From NCBI GenBank assembly GCA_951406725.2, contig OX597831.1:60450001-60514000 (forward strand): a DNA stretch of 64,000 nucleotides. Reading direction: 5' to 3'. Shown here one piece after another: positions 14,687 to 29,243 of this stretch. The stretch's first letter is position 1. Every line of letters starts with the position of its first letter. Made by a program: the position numbers and the translations under genes. The notes under the pieces were generated by a model. The model was not told where the DNA came from. It did not search any database and worked only from the letters and a program-made list of their open reading frames with translations. This stretch comes from Octopus vulgaris (Eukaryota).

Positions 14687-17225
14687 TATATATAATATAT
14701 ATATATATAATATATATATATATATATTACACACACATAAATGGACGCACATAAACACACATGCGAGCGAGCGCACACACACACAAACGTACACACATAC
14801 ACACACACACACACATATATATTCATCAAAGCAGAAAAATTAGAAATTATCAGAAGTGTCTAGCAAACGTCTCCTATCCCTCTCTATTTTGGCACTTTCC
14901 CTTCTTCCTTCTTTTTCTCAATCTTCCTCTCTCTCTCTCTGTTTATCTCTTTCTCTCTCTCTCTCTCTTGCTACCTAAATATCTCTCTATTATGGAAATA
15001 AATTTCACTAATGAGACTCATAGATATTCCCATCTGTACAATTCCTCGTCGTTACGAATTATTTAGATAAAAAGGAAAATAAACTTTCTATACGTGGTCT
15101 ACTCCAGCGTCTCAGATTATTTTCTTCTTTCTTTGTAACGAGTAAGAATTGGTAAATTTTCGTCCAAGAAATAATCTCTGTTCTTCAACTTTTCTTTCTA
15201 GCTTTTCCTTCATTTTACTTCATTTTCACTTTTTCTTCTCTTTCTATCCACCGTTCGATATATGTATCTATATATGTACATACGTATATATGTAAGTGTT
15301 TGCTTATATCTGAACCTATACAAATACATATGCACACATGTCCTCTCATTGTCTTCGTTCGTCTTCTGCGGTGTATTTTTTCGGCGTATATATCTATGTT
15401 TGTGTATGCAATATTATTTTTAGGTATGTATCTGTGTGCGACTTTTCTTAGATTTAGTTTGATTTATGTCTGTTAAGTTCTCTTCTGTCGAAAGACTGTC
15501 CATTCGGACTCGTAGAAGTTTTCAATAAAAGGGAAAAAAAAAGAAAATAAATAATTCTTTTCCCCAGTTTTTCATATAATTGAAATTTGTCTGATATACT
15601 GAATCTACTACACAGACAGAGAATGTCTGCCTGGCATTCCAGAATTGTTTGAATATATTGTTTCTCTTATTGGTTGGTTGTTATACGACTTGTTTTAGTG
15701 TTCTTTTTTTTTCTTTTATCATTGTACTTTGTACTTTGTTCTTTTTTATTGTTGATTTTGAATCAATATAAATGTTGTTGGTGTTGTTATTAATGGAACG
15801 AAATTTCTTGATGAAGTCGTTTTTGTTGCTCTTACTTTTCTTGTTCTTGCTAATATTATCAATCTGACTTCGGCGTAAACTTCGCTAACTTATGCTCTGA
15901 CTTGACAGTAAATCAGTTGACAACTACACAAGTCCACTATATCATCAATTAGATTCAATGTTGTTCAGATCTCACGTGTAAAGACAAAAAAATAAATTAA
16001 TTAATTAAAAACAATCGTTTGCATGATATATTCAGTTCGTTACTTTTGCTGCTGCAAATGTGGAATTTCGTTTTGTTCTTTTGTGCTTTTCTTTGCTTCT
16101 TCCTGTGCGATTCCATTGCTTTGAATCCATTTGTGAAATACTTCCTTTTGTGAAATCTCTTTCTAGGCCCTCCTCTTTGCATCTTCCCCTTCACATCCTT
16201 ATCCTCATTATTGTCACCCCCTTCTAAGACATCATATTCGTCATTGATATTAACGTCATACTCAGTACTTTTTAGCCTTAGCGTCAACTTTATATCCGCC
16301 ACCATAATAGCACGGTCATAATCACTATGGTTACTGTAATATTTATCACCATCATGGTCATCATCATTATTGTGATCTTCGCCATCGTCGTCGTCTTCTT
16401 AACCATTACCCCCAGTGCCAACTTAAAATGGGATTATATAGATATAACTGGAGTAAGACGGTAATATAGTAATTATGTATACCTTGCTACAGTAAATTGT
16501 CTTTAAAACAAAAATATACAGTGATATTTTTACACCAAATATGATACGACAGCGTTGATAAAGTCAATTTCCCTTACAACACTGACATCGTTAGTATAAA
16601 CATACTACAATTATAGTATCGTATCGCAAGCACACTCATATCGTTACTACATATATCTAACAGTGATATCATAGCTGAAGATGTCATATTTCGACAGTGA
16701 TATATGTACAGATACCATACGAGACCAATGTTATCTAATTATATATCCATACCATAAAAGTGGCAGCGTATATATAAATGTCAAACTGCAACTCATTTTA
16801 TTATGCTTCAATATCAAATAATTTATTTTTAAATACTAATGATAGCTAATTCCATTGACATCATTCTTCATTACAAATATGCTACTATGTGTTTGGCATT
16901 CTTGCTAATTGTCTTTTTATCATTACTATGCATGTATTATTTTTTTATATTTACATCAACGGCTATGAGGTGCTAGCTTAGCCACAAGCAAAAGAAAATC
17001 CAGAATTGTTACGTGGAAAGATATTCCAACAGTGAACATAATGCCATTTTTATTTTATTATTTTTCTTTTTGGCCTCCCATGGAATATGTTCGTCTGTTT
17101 TTCACTTTTTCTTATGTGTGTGTGTCTGTATTTACTACGAATGACAGTGTAGTGACTTCATCAATCTGCATTAATATGAATATCTAATATGCTTCGGTGC
17201 CTGCCAGAAAACTAAGCCTCCTCTC

Positions 17226-17430
17226 CATAATAGGCACAGGGCCTGAAATTCTGGCAGACTGGGTAGTAGATTACGTCGACCTTAGTGCTCATCTGGTACT
17301 AATTCATCGACACCGAAAAGTAAAAGTAAAGTCGATCTCGGCGAAATTGGAACTCAGAATGTAATAGCGGAAAAACGAAACGAATCATCTTGTCCGGCAT
17401 GCAAACGATTCTGCATCCTCACCGTCTTAG
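17226..17430 (-). mobile_element. SINE family B
   Basis: ctggtactaattcatcgac...aaagtcgatctcggcgaaattggaactcagaa. Confidence 0.75.
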
Positions 17431-17844
17431 ACAGGCTATAATTTACATTTGGTCAATGATAACATTATGAATTTACAAATAATACTATATGTAGCACTTT
17501 GTTTTGTTTTGTTTAGACAATATTTGTTTGGGTAAGTACAACTAACGGAATAATAGTTGTGTTTATAAATATGACAAGTAGTTAAGACTGATTGAAACGA
17601 TTACACAGTCAATATGCAGTTAAAATATGATATATGGAGAATGCGTGACGGTTCCAGACACAACAGAAATAATGTCCGAAGTATGCAACATTTTAACTAC
17701 TATTAATGACTACAATAATTAAAGTTTCCCCTCTATCCGTTCACACAATACTACACGAAGACAAAGTAAGAAGCAGTAAAAAATGAGGACTAGCCACCTA
17801 TCCGTCAATCCTCCGAGCTTCTATTGTGTGCGTGAACTGCTCCT

Positions 17845-18048
17845 ATTTCTTTACTACTCACAAGGGACTAAACATAGAGTCGACGAACAAGGACAGACAA
17901 AGGGATTACGTCGATTACATCGACCCCAGTGCGTAATTGGTACTTAATTTATCGACCCCGAAAGGATGAAAGGCAAAGTCGAACTCGGCGGAATTTGAAC
18001 TCAGAACGTAACGGCAGACGAAATACTGCTAAGCATTTCGCCCGGCGT
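17845..18048 (-). mobile_element. SINE family B, well preserved
   Basis: ggtacttaatttatcgaccccgaaaggatgaaaggcaaagtcgaactcggcggaatttgaactcagaac. Confidence 0.85.
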
Positions 18049-19002
18049 AAATGAACAGCGCCGATACTCGTGGTCTATACTGGCACAATGAATATCCAAT
18101 TGAATCGTCATTTCATTTATATTTATCCAGCTACACATAATCTGCTTCATCGCATATCCACAATTCATACAAGGATAGTTTTTCCCGATGACATTACATT
18201 ACACTGATATCACCTTACCATCCTCCGGATTGTTGCTCAAGTTATTTGAAGGCTACTTAACCAACAACGTTGCTTCCCATATACACAGAAATATTTTACA
18301 AGTCAAATATATTCAACCATACACAGCGGCAGTAGTAACAACTACTATGACCAACCCACGCTCTCACTGAGGATAAAGTACCATGTGCTAAGCGCACCTC
18401 ATCCACAGTATTTAGATAGAAAAGTTATAGACAGCAAAATAGATACAGTAAAGCGGTGCAATGGTATACATAACTTCTACAACACCAGTATACTGTATTT
18501 CTAACTTTCTTACATCTATTCAACCTAGCCCACCGCCACTGATTTGTTGAGAATTACCAGTGCTATGGTTAGAAACCCAACACATTCACCCACTGTCCCA
18601 CTAGCATGCTTTATCAGGCAGGCTTGCACTCTTAATTTCTCACCACACCACACGACCTATCTAAATTCATCTATCAGTCTGTCACCGATGTCACCGTACT
18701 GTTTATGATTATAAGCGGATCATTTCCAGACGTCCCTTGTTGCACTGAACTGCAAATCAGTTTCATTATTACATCCCGAGTGTATATTTACCTGTCTCTT
18801 CATTTATTAAATTATTTTCCTAAATTCCTCTTAATTTCTATGTAATACTTAACATATATGCAGAAAGTCAATTTGGTAATGTAAAACAAGCAAGGAAATA
18901 TTTCATGTACACAATATCGATTAAAGAAAATCATAAATAGGCATCTTCATTCAACGTTGCTATGATTATAATAACATTTTAATATTTTAATGCTATGCTT
19001 TG

Positions 19003-19215
19003 ACAGCGAGGTAACAGAACCGTTACTGCGACAGAAACCATACATAGTGGCATTTCTTCCAACTTTACATCTTGAATTCAAATGCCGACCAGGCCGACTG
19101 TACCCTTCATCGTTTCGAAATTAATAACTTAAGTACCAATTGAGCACTGGGATCGATATAATCGAATTGCACTCTCCATTGAGATTCCTGGCCTTGTGCC
19201 AAAATTTAAAAACTA
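19003..19215 (+). mobile_element. SINE family B, degraded
   Basis: Diverged match to the family B core (cccttcatcgtttcg...aagtaccaattgagcactggg). Confidence 0.6.
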
Positions 19216-20489
19216 TTTATAATTGCAAAGGATTGAGCATACTTATAATTTGTTTATGAAACACATCTAGAATCTGCGTAACCTCAGTAGCAAACGAACA
19301 CGATAAATAATCCAGCAGTTGTAGTATTTTCCGGGAATGTTTTCTCCAAATTATCTTTTGTTTCCTGTTTGTCTAAAATCTTACACTAAATTATCATTGT
19401 GCCTCTTTTAAACTTAATAAGGCTCTGCTCGCCTGGTATCGAAATCGATGTCAAATTAACAGTTTTTGAAATTAAATAACCGTTACTTTGAAGAATGGGT
19501 GAAGAGAGACATATTTCTTATGTTTACATATCAGCACTATAAGGAAGCGCAAGTCACTTATCAGCATGATATTTATTTGGCATTAATTTAATTCCTGTTA
19601 AGTGATCAAAGTAAAACGAAAATAAACAATACTTCATGAAATAACTTTAGATGAAGACCTCTGGACTCAGAGTACTTCACAGGCTCTGCATATATTTAGA
19701 GGAAAAACATATCGCATTATGCAGTGAATACACCACGAGTATTAACTAGCATTTTGCATCACATAGTATGGAAAAGTCCATCTCTTGTGATAGTCAAGTT
19801 AACGGATGTTCGGCATATCCAATGGTCTCAATCTGTAGATTTGGCGCCGACATTCTGCTCTTAACTTCGTTTACTTGACTTTGAGTTAATTGGGTCAAGC
19901 GACAAGCGTTCATACGTAGAAAAGTTTTAGCATTACATGCAGAATCAAACGAATTCAGTGAAAATAGAAAGGTTTGAAATCAATAATTGTTTCTGCAGCA
20001 ATGATGGGCAGCCACACCAGATTTCAAATTTCAAAGCATCGTATTATCACTGTCTCAGTAGAACAATTAGTTCAGTATTTTAGTCGTTTTAGAGTATGTC
20101 AAGAGCGGTAATCTCATTGATTATGTTTTCTTTCATGATACGTAGTATCACAAATAAATTTTTCAGCGAAGTGAAAGGAAATGCCCTACACAGTCTACAG
20201 CCTTTTTTCTGACTGTTGACCCGGAAGGCTAGAGTGTCATCCTTCTATATTCCCTATAAAGTACTCAGATAAAAAAAATTAATTATGATTTGTCCACATT
20301 TTAGGAAAGTGTTAAATAATTTAATGTAATAATAAAATGGTTATCTGAAAGGTTTCTAATGCTTAAGTTTGAAAAAGGGAAATTATTTCTATCAGTGCAT
20401 GTCATTATATCATTATTTCTCCCGAATGGCGGTATAAATTGTATCAGTATTACTTGATACACAAATTATTAATATTGGTTTCGCGAGAA

Positions 20490-21115
20490 GGTGTAAGTCA
20501 ATATCATGAACCTCAATGTTCAGATAGTATTTCTTTTATTGGCCCCGTAAGGGTAGAATGCAGAGTCATCCTCGATGAAATCGAACTAAGATCGTAGAGA
20601 CGGACGAAATGCTGCTGAGGATCTTATCCGGCGTGCTAACTATAGTGCAAGCTCTCCGTCTTTGATATTGGTTTCAAATTTTAGCACAAGTCTAGTAATT
20701 TAGAGGAAGTGGGTAAGTATATTACATCGAACCCATTGTTCAACTGGTACTTATTTTATCGCCTTCTAATGTAGGAGACGGCATTTGAACTCAGAACGGG
20801 AAAACGGATGAAATATCGCAAAGCAATTTTCCGAGCATGCTATTGGGTTCTGCTAACTCGCCGTCTTGTATATTAATACCTTGTTCTAAAAGTGCAAGGC
20901 GTCGAGTTGGCTTAATCGTTAGCCGGCTAGGCAGACAAATCGCTGGGCGGCATTATGCCGCCTTTGTTTTCTGAGTTCAAATTCATTTGAGGTTCACATT
21001 GCCTTTTATTTTTTCAGGGTCGATAAAAAATGAGTACCATTTGCCGATTAGGGTTGATTTAATTGACTAACTATTTTCCCAAAAAATTATAGGTGTTGTG
21101 TATATAGTAGAAAGA
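20490..21115. mobile_element. Cluster of three degraded family B SINEs (-, -, +)
   Basis: Family B cores at about 20490-20662 (-), 20670-20868 (-) and 20897-21115 (+). Confidence 0.65.
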
Positions 21116-21619
21116 AATATTGGTTTGAAGTCTACATTGCATGCAAAGAATGCAATTTATATAAATGATAAATGATCTGAGTATTTGATTTCCTTTCCCC
21201 TTGAAGGAAGAAAAGAGTTTTTCGACAGTGTGATAGGTTCTTCTTTTCATTATAGATTATAAAGAAAATCCATCGACTAGAGTAAGGTATATCACAGTCA
21301 ACCCCTTTATATGTTTTAACCCATTTCATCATCTGTCTCTATATCCATTTTAATGAAATACGCTATTCATTTACATATAAAATCGAGATTTGTATCTAAA
21401 TTGTTATTACGAGTATAATAGGTAGGTGACAGGCCAGATATGAATGAGTCGCTTTCGTTGATAATATCAACTACAATACTTGGCTTCTACTTCAAATTTC
21501 TCGACGAAAGAACAATGAATAAGATGGATGACGGTAGCCAGATAGTAACTTCAGTATCTATAGCAATACAAATACTACATTTGTAAGCACCATTAGGATT
21601 CGTAATATTGTTTAAAAAC

Positions 21620-21792
21620 TTTTGCACAAGTACAGCAATCGAGGGGAAGGGTATAGGTCGATTATATCTGTCCCAGTGTTCAGCTGGTATTTATTTTAAA
21701 GATCCCGAAAGGACGAAGGGTGGAGACAAACTCGTCGAAATTCTGAACTCAGAACATAATGTGTAGCAAAGATTTTGTCTGCTCGCCGCCAT
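21620..21792 (-). mobile_element. SINE family B, degraded
   Basis: ctggtatttattttaaagatcccgaaaggacgaagg...gaactcagaac. Confidence 0.6.
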
Positions 21793-22502
21793 ATTAAGAT
21801 TATCATTATCAATATTAGTAGTGAAATTCCCAATACAACTATTTATGTGGATACCTACTGTTAAAAAGAAAGATCACCTAAGCTTGTGTTTCGTATGTCT
21901 ATTTAACATTTATCTCGTAAAACAAACACGAAAATTAACCTAGCTATGTGCATATCCAAGTTTGTATGGCATAAAATGTGCAAGATGATACACATTCTTA
22001 TTCTGCATGTGCTATATGTGTATGCAGGTATGTCTGGTAACGACACGCCAAAATTTGAGTAACGTACGTACTTAATTTGTGTCTGTTTTTTCTTTGTGCT
22101 TGGCCTGAATGATGTGCACCAACTCGCGAACAATACGTGTATTATAAACATGAGAAAGTAGCAAAACTTGGGGTCATGTGAATTAACAAAAATGGCGGAT
22201 CACACAAGACCGAGAATACAGAGTTGAAGAGAAAGAAAGAGAGAGAGAGCGATCGAGAGCGAGAGAGAGAGTGAGCAAGAGATAGAGAGAAGGATAGAAA
22301 GCAATCTTATACACACATATAATGTACATACACAAATGTGAAAGGGAGAAAGCAATATGTTTCTCTCTCCCGATAGAGAACCGAATCTGTGAGAATCTGA
22401 CACACAGTAACAGAGCAACTAGAAAACCTAACCGAAAAGTAATGTGAGAAGTTAGTTGAACACGTGAACAGCTCATTCAATAGTGATACTGCTGCCGTTG
22501 AT

Positions 22503-22887
22503 TTGTTTGTTTATTTGTTTGTTTGTTGAGCGAAGCGGTCTTCGTCCGTAGTGGGAGAAGTCCGATACGTGGTCCTTTGCTATTCGTAAGACCTGCAGAA
22601 GAGAAAGCAGGTCAACCCCCGACACCGAGAGCATCGACGGATGGGTGAATGCGCATCCAGGCTCAGCGGTTGCGTAGGAAGTCGGGTACAAGAAATAGGA
22701 AGAAAGAGTGAGAGAAAGTTGGAGCGAAAGAGTACAACAGGGGTCGGCACCATCCCCTGTCGGAGCCTCGTGGGGCTTTGGGTGTTTTCGCTCAATAAAC
22801 ACACACAGCGACCGGTCTGGGAATCGAAAACGCGATCCTCCGACCGCGAGTCCACTGCCCTAATCATTGGACCATTGCGCCTCTGCT
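22503..22887 (-). mobile_element. tRNA-derived SINE with the 4185 head but a different tail ending in (ACAA)n
   Basis: 13-bp TSD tgctgccgttgat at 22490-22502 and 22888-22900. Head and core are homologous to 4185-4380, and the ORF-track peptides MFIERKH... match. Confidence 0.88.
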
Positions 22888-23656
22888 TGCTGCCGTTGAT
22901 CATGATGCTGATGATAATGATGACGACAATTAAAATGTCGATTACGACGCAGGTGGATGTGGTGGTTGTGGTCGTGGTGGTGGTGTTTATGATGATGATG
23001 ATGACGACGACGACGGTGATGACGACAACGACGACAACGGTGATGATATCCTAATGGTGTGATCATTCTCGATTATTATCTGAAAGATAAAAACTTTTTT
23101 TATTCAGTTATTTCGATATGAATAATGCGATTCACACGCACATAAATAAAACAAAAGTCCCGGGAAAATATTTAAGCATGAAAAATATATATTTAGCAAA
23201 AATATATTGCAAATACTGTGGCTGAAATTATAATAATCTCATACCTAATATATTTATAAATTTTTAGCAATACTTACTGGGTAGTTTTATAAAAATATTG
23301 AAGGAAATAACAGTTTAACTTAGTGTGTTTAGCTTTCGGCTAGCAAACTGTTTAACATTAGGGGTGTTATTATTGCAAGTTGTTTACATAAGAATATTTC
23401 CAAGGTCAAAACACTAATGAAAGGGAGCTGCTCGGAATTAGACGTATTCCGTTTGTAAATAAACATGAAGAGAATGTAACTTGCGAGGTACTGGCAACAT
23501 TACAATTATCGTAAGTTTATTCGATAATAATAAAGAGAGAAGTAGTACCACCACCTGTACGATACATATTCTATATGAATGCATGAGAGATCGGAACACC
23601 AAGTGGTATTTTCGATTTAAACAGCATAAGGTTACAATAACTGAAGGGAATATACT

Positions 23657-23838
23657 ATTTTACTTGTTTGAGTCATTTGACTGTGGCCATGCTGGAGCAC
23701 AGCCTTTAGTCGAGCAAATTGACCCCTGGACTTATTATTTGTAAGCATAGTACTTAATTACCACTAAGTTACGAGGACTTAAACATACCAGCATCGATTG
23801 TCAAGCGATGTTGGAGACACGTAAACACAGACACACAC

Positions 23839-23919
<81 letters not shown>

Positions 23920-24071
23920 CATATACGACAGACTTCTTTCAGTTACCGTCTACCAAATCCACTCACAAGCGTTTGGTCGGCTCGAGACTACAGTAGAAGA
24001 CATTTGCCCAAGGTGCCACGCAGTGGAACTGAACCCGGAACCATGTGATACAACAAAACCACTCCTGCGCC
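23657..24071 (-). mobile_element. SINE family A
   Basis: Head ggcgcaggagtgg, core ccttgggcaa, internal microsatellite and tail match the other copies. Confidence 0.85.
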
Positions 24072-24689
24072 TATGAATATAGTTAAATTTAAAGTAAAAG
24101 TAGCGTATTAGAAACATTTTTTATGGCTGAAGACCCATGGATTGTATTAAATATGAAGTTTGGATTTTGTTCCCATCATCTCTTTATCTGTTGTTTCGCT
24201 TTCGGTATCTCTCATCCACGATCTACGATAATTTTAGTACGAAATGATTTCGTTTTTCGAAAAAATCGTACATCTATGGCCACTCGACATAGGAATACAA
24301 ATTCGTATTTAAATTTCTGTGAAGTTTCAGTGTTAAGTATAAATTGAGCAAACTATTTCCTTTATGATTTATTATAATATGATATCTTTAAAGAATGATT
24401 TTCATTCGTATTAGAGACACGTTGGTGAATATATTCCGGAAGCTAAGACAGTCACGTTTCGTGACATATAAATATAGTCCCTGTATCTTTTCAACAACAC
24501 TAACAGACAATTCTTAAATGTGGTATTCCCAAAAGCAGTTCAAATTTTTTGAAGATTATATTTACGATGGATATTGCTCTCCACCATGATGGTGCTCCAG
24601 CATGACCTCAATCGCATGGCTGAAACTAGTAACAGAGTAATATAAAACAATTATGCGACTATGGACACCTCGACATCTGCCTATTGAAC

Positions 24690-24863
24690 TCTAGGCACAA
24701 GGCCCGAAATTTGGGGTGAGGGAGCCAGTCGATTAGATCCACCTCAGTAAGCAACTGGTACTTAATTTATTGAGTCCGAAAGGATGAAAGGCAAAGTTGA
24801 CCTCGGCGGTTATTTGAGCTCAGAACATAAACACAAACGAAATACCGCTAAGCATTTCGCCCA
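24690..24863 (-). mobile_element. SINE family B
   Basis: gaaaggatgaaaggcaaagttgacctcggcgg core. Confidence 0.8.
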
Positions 24864-25758
24864 GAAAGAGGATATTGCTTTGGAACAAATCATAAAAACT
24901 TTACTTGATATTGTATAGATATACCCAATTCAGGATTAGAAGCGTTTCAACAGACAAACATATATTGATAAAAAGCTTGGATTCACGATAAAGATCTGTA
25001 CTGGAGTCACATTGAACATATTTAGGGAACACATACATCTTGATTCAGAGATAAAATGAATGTAAGGTTCGTCGCCTTCCAGTTTGTATTGTTTAAACTG
25101 TTACATATGTTATATATTTGTAAATAATCGTATTTGCAATTTCTTGTCTAGGAACGTAATGCATGCAAATACTTGCTATATAATTATTTGTGGACTTCCA
25201 TATTTACAACGAAAACGAAACATTGATCCTGTAAGCTAAATTTAAAGAATCGTTACACTTTCTGCCCCGATACCTCAGAATGAAAATGCACTTATTTTCC
25301 TAGATTACGCACAACTAAAACTAACAATTGCGCTACAGTTGATCTACGCCTCAGGAAGAGGCACTGGAACAGGTCATTCAAAACTTTAGTTGATATTGTA
25401 TGTAAACCCACTTCATGATTATAAGCGCTTCAAAAGACTAATCTAATAGAAACCTTAAACCGCAATTCACATATAATTATATGTTTAGTTAACTCGGTCA
25501 ATTCATTTAGGTCCAAATCAATACGTTCACTGCAAACCACTTGCTAAAGCATAAGGTTATATAAGGTATTGCCAGCGATTTACTTCGCACTACATGTATT
25601 CAGTCTCTTTTCAATGTGTGTGCCTACGCATATGTTTAAATACTTTGTCCATGATATATTCTATCGTGCTTTTACAATGGACATTTTAAAAAGTTCATGT
25701 TGTATATTTTATCATGCATTTATACATAAATATAAATCGTAGCAAATTAGAAATTATT

Positions 25759-25814
<56 letters not shown>

Positions 25815-25818
<4 letters not shown>

Positions 25819-26009
25819 ATCCAAACATGAACAAGTAAGAAAAAACAGCAACGCGAGGACGTGGAACAAGTACAGTGTTATTGGAGGCACTGGAAAGGAA
25901 AGAAAAGAAAGAGGTCTTCAGGTTCCGAGCGGAGCTCTTCGTCAGAACTATAAAAAAGTCCAAAGAAGGGTAGATGGAGAAAGAAAATCGCCTACGATAC
26001 ACACGCGGT

Positions 26010-26010
<1 letters not shown>
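25815..26010 (-). mobile_element. Short repeat with a degenerate minimal hammerhead
   Basis: Minus strand 25947-25913 reads tt-CTGACGA-a-gagc-tcc-gctc-GGAA-cctg-aag. Flanked by (TA)n and (CA)n. Confidence 0.45.
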
Positions 26011-26054
<44 letters not shown>

Positions 26055-27050
26055 TATGTTATGTGTATGCATGTCAGCATTTTTGTGGACATGAAGATGA
26101 GGTTGCATAGACACACACACACATATATATGCATGTGCGCGCGTGTTTGTGTGGAAAAGTGTGTATGTGCATTACGTATACATGTTTATGTGGGTGTGCA
26201 CTTATGTAGATGTTGTGAACGCAAGAGATTTATGTTGATGCATTGTTCAAATATGGGTCCGTGCATTTTTTAATAATTTTTCCTTTTACATATTTTCTAC
26301 TTATTAGAGTAAATTCCCTTTTATTCGACGGTTTTTCATAGCGTCTCTTGCCATTAAATGCCGACTAGATTATAGCGTAAAGTAATTACTTACTCATTAC
26401 ATTAAGCACTTTAATAGAATTTAACCTTATTATATAATAATTACCGAAAAGATTATTATAATTAATAAATGAAATATTTGAAAGTCTTCCTATATTTATG
26501 GAGACATCTAAAACTTAATTGCCCATTTAAAATTCAATAAAATTAATTTGTAAGTAATTATAAAGTATAATCCTTGAGGCAAAGATCACAACTGGAATTA
26601 GAATTAGCAATATTAAAGGAGAGTGCATAACAAATAATGATCTCTTTGGAGTATATTTAATATTAAATTCTACATGCATTTACTAAGATTAGTATAAATA
26701 CATTTCCTTCTGAATTTAAAGGAATTAGACAGATAATAAAATCTAGATTTTCAACTAGTAGTTGAAGAACCAAATATAACAATACTTATATCTAAATTTA
26801 GGAATCAAAATTACATTCCTTTATACTGAGTGTTTACATGATATCGGCAAGGATTTTGTAATCAATCCCAGATACATAAATATATACGTATTAGTATACA
26901 TTCTCTATACTTGTATACAGGTATATGGATATATACAGGAAGTAGTTATGAGTTTTTGTTATATACACATAGATCCAACTATGAATATATATACATATAT
27001 ATATATATATACATACATACGTACATACATACATACATATATATATATAA

Positions 27051-27139
<89 letters not shown>

Positions 27140-27172
27140 GTGTGTGTTTATACATACAGAGAGTTACATATA

Positions 27173-27510
27173 GGCACAGGAGTGACTGCGTGAGAAGAAA
27201 CTTGCTTCCAATCCATATGCTTCCGAGTTCAGTCCCATTGCGTGGGATCTTTGGCAAGTGTGTTGTAGCATAGCTTCGGGCCGACCAAAGCTTTCTGAGG
27301 GGAATTTGTAGACGGAAACTGAAGAATCCCGCGCGCGCGCGCGTGTGTGTGTGTGCGTGTGTATTCCCGCATGTAAATGTATCTATATATATGTGTGTGT
27401 GTGTGATGGTGATATGTTCGTTCACGTTACTTAGCGGTTCGGCAAAATATAGCGATAGAATAAGTACTAGGCTTAAAAGGTGAAATGACTGAAACAAGTA
27501 AAAAAGTAAA
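27173..27510 (+). mobile_element. SINE family A
   Basis: ggcacaggagtgactgcgtgag...gagttcagtcccattgcgtgg head; tail gactgaaacaagtaaaa. Confidence 0.85.
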
Positions 27511-27889
27511 AAAGGGAAAGAACATCATCGATATACATGTATATAGACATGCTTCAAACATCATGCCATTTAGTGGGATCTGAATAATATACACATAATA
27601 CTTACTGGTAATTTTATATCAGTATATGTAAAAAGGAAGGAAAATATTTTAAGCTCGGTGAGTATAGACTGTCACAATAAAAAGTTAAGTAATTATTCGT
27701 ATCAAATCGTGAAAAACTGTACAGAAGTCTGTAGCTTTAAACTTTCATATTTTTTGAAGCACATGGTGTTTAATGTGTCTTCACACAATAAAATGCACAA
27801 ACGTATCTTAGGGGTGTACATTCTTTAGTTAGCGCTAAGTGATACCATATTTCACTCCATTCTCTCTTTGTCTCCGTAGTAAGTTCGCT

Positions 27890-28960
27890 CGTGAGGTAGA
27901 ATGCCTCTTAATCAATTCTACTAAAACTGACAACATGGTCCCGATATTGATTTTTTTTTAAATCTGCAGAGGCACCTATCCGCACATATGCGTCTCATCT
28001 TATCACTGTGCAGTTGTGACGTATAATATATGAGCATGCGCCTCGTAATGGACATGCGCTTTTGTCGTTAATTGTACAATTGTTTCTAATTATTCTACTT
28101 ACGCTTTCCTTGTTCTTTTTTCTTTCATTTCTGGTATTTTCTTCCGTAATTTTTTCATTTATGAAGCTTTAATTGGCTTTCGTTCTCTTCATTGCTTCTG
28201 TAATGAGTATTATGAACATTCTCTGTATTTGTTTATACCAATAATTTTGTAATTAGTGGCAATTGTTTGACCTATTTTTGTTTGTTTTAATCCGAGACCT
28301 TATTTTAATCCGAGACCTTATTTTAATCCGAGACCTTGTTTTAATCCGAGACCACTGTTCTCTTTTATTCCCTCACATCCTATTTGTATTCTGTTTTAAT
28401 CTTCTTATTATCAATTTTAGGCTAAATTATTCGAGATTACTAGAGTATGTATAAGATACCTTCAATGTGCCTGATAAAAATCTTGTAGCTTGTAATGGAT
28501 TTTGGAAAACATTTAACGAATGCGGTAAAGAATTCTTTAGATATTTGTAATCCGTATATCGAATTAAACTACAGATATCATCAAATTCCTTGCATCATTT
28601 GTTCTATGTATTGTTGATAATGTGCGATATGGAGGTGTCCTATTTAATGTTCTTTATTTTCAGCTCCTTATTTATAGTTTATTCTTACTGACTCTCTCAG
28701 TACTGTGTTTACAAATGTGTGCCATTATGCGAGGTTTAGTTCGCTTAGTTTCATATCTACTAGAATTAGCAATATTATTCTCGTACATGTATTCTATCGT
28801 TTCCGTATATCCAGCGGAAGCTAATACACCATTATCATGCGCTGAATGTGCATTAAAAATTGCTTCCATCGCTGATAGTTTAGACATTCTATTAGATGGT
28901 TTTTACTAGTCATTTTATTAAAGAAAGTGGATGATTTGACTGTACATTAATGTACTTCAA
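27890..28960 (-). mobile_element. Degraded Penelope-like element
   Basis: ORF 28672-28887 SKLSAMEAIFNAHSAHDNGVLASAGYTETIEY resembles the PLE thumb motif SxLSxNExIFNxxxxxYNxALxxSGY. Confidence 0.6.
28285..28353. repeat. 18-bp tandem repeat, about 4 copies (ttttaatccgagacctta)
   Basis: Directly visible. Confidence 0.95.
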
Positions 28961-29243
28961 GTCCTCATTTCGCTTGTGGAAAGGCTCAGATAATCCTGTG
29001 CTTAAACTAAAAGTTGCATCTAGAAGATTTACAGTAGAATAATTATATTTTATGGTAACAGAAAACAAAATTTTTAAAGTATTTCAAAAATTAGTTTTCT
29101 AGTTTTCTCTATTTCTGCACACACAAAATCACACACACACACGTGTGTGTGTGTATAATTTACGTTCTCGGAACGCAGTATAATTTTCAAGACAACAGTG
29201 AGTTGATGTATTTACCTTTATAAGACGGAAAATTTTGGCAGGA

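Noticed and set aside
15997-16305. 102-aa ORF with acidic and basic patches
   Set aside because: Low-complexity CT/CAT-rich DNA with no domain or convincing splice context.
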